From the NCBI RefSeq assembly GCF_001194135.2, contig NC_068983.1:16977567-17041566 (forward strand): 64,000 bases of DNA, given 5' to 3'. Below the pieces are notes generated by a model, which saw nothing but the letters and a program-made list of their open reading frames with translations, ran no database searches and was not told the DNA's origin. How positions within the stretch are numbered: the stretch's first letter is position 1; the number at the start of each line of letters is the position of its first letter. This DNA comes from Octopus bimaculoides (taxonomy: Eukaryota). The position numbers and the translations under genes are program-made. Of this stretch, positions 60,601-64,000 are shown piece after piece.

Positions 60601-63437
60601 GAGTGTAAACGAGTAATAAGAACTTGAAAAAAAATTGGGTGGAATATTTAATCATAAAATCTGACAGTTTGGATTATCTAGAGTTTTAAATAAGGCTGGG
60701 GTCATATTGACCCCATGGTACCAGTTAAGGGTTAAATGAGGATGATGATGATGGTGTTTGTGAGTCATGAGAATTGATTGAGCAAGAGAAATGGCAAAAA
60801 GATCAAGGAGGATGTACATAATCTTAAATTTTATTTCAGTGTTTGAAATTTTGCCTTTCTCTTTTCATACATAAAATTAATAAACTGGCCCCAAATTCAG
60901 ACTAAAACAATGCTAAATTTCAATGTATATTTTTGTTTTTTAGGGTGCTAAATTATTCTATTTATCTGGAGTAGTGAATGAAGAATATCAAAGTCAGGAA
61001 GTTCATAATCTTTGCAGATTTATTTCCATTATGAAATTCCGTCCTCTGCAGTGGAAAATTAGTCATCCATATTTGCTTGTTGACAGGTCAGTTTGATATT
61101 TCTTAAGTAATTACCAAACTATATTGAAATGAAGATGCTTAAAATCCTAATTGGGCATTGGTTTGGATTTGTTGAGATCTTTGGGATATAACTACCCCAG
61201 GCCACACATGCAACACACAGATACAAACGTTCATAGACAGATAGATTGATACACACACACACACACACACCATCCATCCCTCCCTCCTTCCTTCCCTTCC
61301 TCCTCCTGAAAAGTTGTAATTCTTCTTAACTCTTTAGCATTTAAACTAGCCGTATCAGGAGATAGATAAATAAAGAGAGAGTGAGACATAAAAAATAATA
61401 TAATAAACTTATTGTATATAGTTCTCAGGTGCACTGTACATTCACAGTACATGGAATAAAACAAAAAGACTAAGTATATATTAAAAGAGTATAACGAGGA
61501 ATGGTGCATAAACACGTTAGGAGTAGTGTTGACAAATTTTGGGAAGCATGAAATTTTTTAACGATGCAGTGTCTTGACAGCTAACCACTGACTCAGCAAT
61601 CTGAGCATGAAAATATGAGTGTGTGCTGTTTTTTGAGTTTTATAAGCATATCCATAAGTGGTAGAAATATTGAATTCAAAAAGTGGTCAAAATTGTTGTT
61701 GGAAAGATTGGACATAATCTTGTGGGCTTCTACCAAGTCAACTGCTAATTATCATAAATTTAGTTGTCTTGATGCCTAGAGAAGCAAAACTTTCAAGATA
61801 TAGTAAGTGACTGACAGGGTATTTGTCTGGTTACACATCTCTGAACAGCTTCCAGCATAGGAATGTTTTGGATAAGATGGAATTCCAGATAGGAGATACA
61901 AACTATAAATGTGGATGTAACATAGCCATATAAAGCTTTAAATAGGGAGCTGGTGAGTGACTGACAAACGTCTTGCTGAGAGATGTTAAAACACTTTTGA
62001 TCTTTTTGACAATTTTAGAAATCTGATTCATCCAATGCAGATCATTGTTAACAGGGAATTCACAGTAAATTGGTGTTTGTAGATAAATTTTATTTTAATT
62101 TTGTTTTTATTTTACTTTGTTCCCTTTCCCTTCCTATTATAGATAGGGTTATTTTCCTCATCTATTCAACTATGAAGTAGTTGAGAAGCTTCTTTTCCAG
62201 TCATGCAAACGAAAACGAGCAGGATTATGTCCCTTGCTCAATTGCATTGTAGTAATAAAAAGTTTCAACATAATCTCTCTTTTTCTCTCTCTCTCTGTCT
62301 CTCAAGTTGAATAAAATTCATGGCTGTGAGGTTAGTAGTTTTAGTTTCATAACTTTATAGGAACGGTCTATTTTGTGTCACTTTTAACAACATATATTTG
62401 GTAATGTTTTATTTGATAATTTAGACATGCTTATGTTTTACTATTCACAGATTAGAAGATATTACAAACAGAGAATCTTTGAGAGTTAACCCTAAATGTG
62501 ATAGAAACGTTTCTTTGTATGGATATTTACGTGGAACTCCCATGAAAAACACAACAAAAGTTCATATCCCAGGTATACTGTCTATTAATATATACACACA
62601 CACACACACATATATTAATATACTGTCTATTAATATATATACACACACACATATTAATATACTGTCTATTAATATATATACACACACACATATATTAATA
62701 TACTGTCTATTAATATATACACACACACACACATATTAATATACTGTCTATTAATATATACACAGACAATGATTGGTTTCTTTCATATTATCTACAACAT
62801 CTGCTCACAAGGCTTTGGTCAGCTTGGGGCAATGCTATAAGACATGTGATTGGGAAACAAACTTCTTAACCATACAACCTCTCTCTATCTATCTATCTAG
62901 TCCATGTGTTTGTATGTAAATGTCAACAGTTTATGGCTTTGCTTGTTCCGAGCTGAGCAAAATGTTCTTTTAATGTTTATATTCTGCATTGATGTTACAA
63001 CTGATTGCTCTGTGCTTTCAAAATTCGGTGGAATTTACAAAAGAAAAATCCCTTAAGATACTAGTTAAGGTTGATGACAGGAAGGTCATCCAGCTGTAAA
63101 ATGAAGCATCAGATAAGTCTTTGTCCACCCTATGCTAACATGGAAAAACAACTGTTAGAATGAACAAATGAACAAAGTAGTTATCCTGTTCCTTTCAATT
63201 TGTTTTTTTGTTTTTGTATTTACAGGCTGTGGTGATTACCCTGTTGACGATGTACAATTCTTGCCTGATCCCTGCCCAACTCCTGACATCTCGAAAAAGA
63301 GAACATTAAATGTTAAAGAAAGACCAATTTATGCTCCAATGTCAGGTGTCGGAGGAATCATATACGACAAAGATGCTGTGTACATTGATATGGATCAAAA
63401 AGATGACGCTCATAAAACTGATGAGGGAGATAAGCAG
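52930..63437 (+). CDS. BMS1: Ribosome biogenesis GTPase BMS1, 3'-partial; 7 coding exons in window
   Basis: Exons 52930-53096, 54265-54455, 56211-56290, 58559-58747, 60944-61086, 62451-62572, 63226-63437, in frame (368 codons). Motifs KNPKAF, HHIPIVDRTP, P-loop GPPKVGKTTL, RRLTLIEC, DIAKVADLVLLLVDASFGFEMEIFEFLN, GVLTHLD, GAKLFYLSG, LYGYLRG, PDPCP, IYAPMSGVGGIIYDKDAVYI. Confidence 0.97.
53609..53844. repeat. Perfect foldback (about 97-bp arms, 6-nt loop), MITE-like
   Basis: 53748-53844 is the exact reverse complement of the left arm once the duplicate around the 10-N gap is collapsed. A diverged partial copy lies at about 33790-33835. Confidence 0.8.
54265..54455 (+). CDS. BMS1: BMS1 exon (G1/P-loop)
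   Basis: AEDIKAKRHHIPIVDRTPIDAPPIIVAIVGPPKVGKTTLLKCIAKKYCHQKLSTIHGPITVLA. Confidence 0.95.
54490..54900 (+). mobile_element. RTE-type LINE 3' fragment
   Basis: Same family end and (GAT)n tail. Confidence 0.55.
55320..55740 (-). mobile_element. Family B repeat
   Basis: (CAT)n start on + strand; reverse complement of the family B body. Confidence 0.65.
56211..56290 (+). CDS. BMS1: BMS1 exon
   Basis: GKQRRLTLIECNSDINCMIDIAKVADL; accag / gtacgt. Confidence 0.93.
57190..57840 (-). mobile_element. Family A SINE (apparent length inflated by gap-flank duplication)
   Basis: Reverse complement of the 31438-31870 and 63670-64000 copies. Confidence 0.75.
58080..58409. mobile_element. hAT (Charlie-like) MITE, 330 bp
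   Basis: TIRs CAGGGGTTTTCAACC / GGTTGAGAACTCCTG. 8-bp TSD ctctagat / gtctagat fits the NTCTAGAN target preference. Confidence 0.8.
58559..58747 (+). CDS. BMS1: BMS1 exon
   Basis: VLLLVDASFGFEMEIFEFLNICQVHGFPRVMGVLTHLDTFRDGKQMKKIKKRLKTRFWTEIYQ. Confidence 0.95.
58930..59430 (-). mobile_element. Family B repeat
   Basis: (CAT)n then gtttaatgtccgccttccatgctagcatgggttgg. Confidence 0.7.
59719..60735 (-). mobile_element. piggyBac-like remnant (terminus plus C-terminal cysteine-rich domain) with a nested ~550-bp repeat
   Basis: Minus strand begins TTAA-CCCTT at 60735 with subterminal palindrome GGGGTCAATATGACCCC (60698-60714). ORF 59979-59719 ends KRCFNCPRSKDKKTRFICSGCNNSMYEEQNKMVCNQCQD, resembling a piggyBac CRD with some Cys/His residues lost. 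Confidence 0.7.
60023..60570. mobile_element. Interspersed repeat (SINE-like) flanked by (TAA)n on both sides, inserted in the piggyBac remnant
   Basis: GC-richer block bounded by (TAA)n at 59994-60022 and 60571-60584. The family is recognised from memory only. Confidence 0.5.
60944..61086 (+). CDS. BMS1: BMS1 exon
   Basis: GAKLFYLSGVVNEEYQSQEVHNLCRFISIMKFRPLQWKISHPYLLVD(R). Confidence 0.94.
62451..62572 (+). CDS. BMS1: BMS1 exon
   Basis: LEDITNRESLRVNPKCDRNVSLYGYLRGTPMKNTTKVHIP(G). Confidence 0.94.
62574..62765. repeat. Minisatellite, 39-45 bp unit, about 4.6 copies
   Basis: Unit tatactgtctattaatata(ta)(ca)n tattaa begins at intron position +2. Confidence 0.9.
63226..63437 (+). CDS. BMS1: BMS1 exon
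   Basis: GCGDYPVDDVQFLPDPCPTPDISKKRTLNVKERPIYAPMSGVGGIIYDKDAVYIDMDQKDDAHKTDEGDKQ; donor gtaatt. Confidence 0.92.
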
Positions 63438-63669
63438 GTAATTAACAAGTTTACTCTGCATTGATATTGTTCGTTTGTATGTTATTGATGGTAAATGAGA
63501 CATGTTTTTTTTTCCAAAAAGGATGTCTCCAAAAATCACCCTGAGTCTTATATGTGAAGTTGGGTTTCCCTTAAGCTTGAATGTGCTAAAATTTTTTTCC
63601 TGAATAAGTGCTACTGAAATTGAGTTCTATCTTTTATGCCATCAAATACAGTATATATGTGTGTGTGCA

Positions 63670-64000
63670 TATATATATGTGGTAAGTAGCTTGCTTACCA
63701 ACCACATGGTTCTGGGTTCAGTCCCACTGCGTGGCACCTTGGGCAAGTGTCTTCTACTATAGCCTTGGGCCGACCAAAGCCTTGTGAGTGGATTTGGTAG
63801 ATGGAAACTGAAAGAAGCCCGTCGTATATATGTATATGTATATACGTATATGTATATATATATGTGTGTGTTTGTGTGTCTGTGTTTGTCCCCCCAACAT
63901 CACCTGACAACCGATGCTGTTGTGTTTACGTCCCCGTAACTTAGCGGTTCGGCAAAAGAGACCGATAGAATAAGTACTAGGCTTACAAAGAATAAGTCCT
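63670..64000 (+). mobile_element. Family A SINE, runs off the window end
   Basis: gtggtaagtagcttgcttaccaaccacatggttctgggttcagtcccactgcgtggcaccttgggcaagtg. Confidence 0.8.

Noticed and set aside
5191-63437. U12-type or non-canonical introns, and intronic snoRNAs
   Set aside because: All 24 reconstructed coding-region introns are GT-AG without the U12 RTATCCT donor. No convincing C/D or H/ACA snoRNA was visible by eye; a snoscan/Infernal run is needed to exclude them.

Overview
AT-rich metazoan scaffold with nine N-gaps. The SINE, LINE and microsatellite content matches my recollection of Octopus/coleoid cephalopod DNA; this is not database-verified. Three spliced genes were reconstructed by hand, with all introns GT-AG and the reading frame consistent throughout: (1) the 3' 11 coding exons of TBL1X/TBL1XR1 (ebi) on +, 5191-18803; (2) a complete 9-exon GPR180 on -, 49530-24476, 443 aa; (3) the first 7 coding exons of BMS1 on +, from 52930 past the window end. 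GPR180 and BMS1 are head-to-head around a CpG-rich putative bidirectional promoter. TBL1 and GPR180 converge on a degenerate Helitron. Introns hold tRNA-derived SINEs, RTE-type LINE 3' ends, mariner, hAT and piggyBac remnants. Most ORFs in the supplied track are spurious (gaps, microsatellites, repeats). No prokaryotic genes, CRISPR, tRNA or rRNA genes were found. The most unusual items are two adjacent degenerate Penelope-type hammerhead ribozyme motifs (30301-30464) and a perfect ~97-bp-arm foldback in BMS1 intron 2 (53609-53844). I did not find a system I can claim is new.
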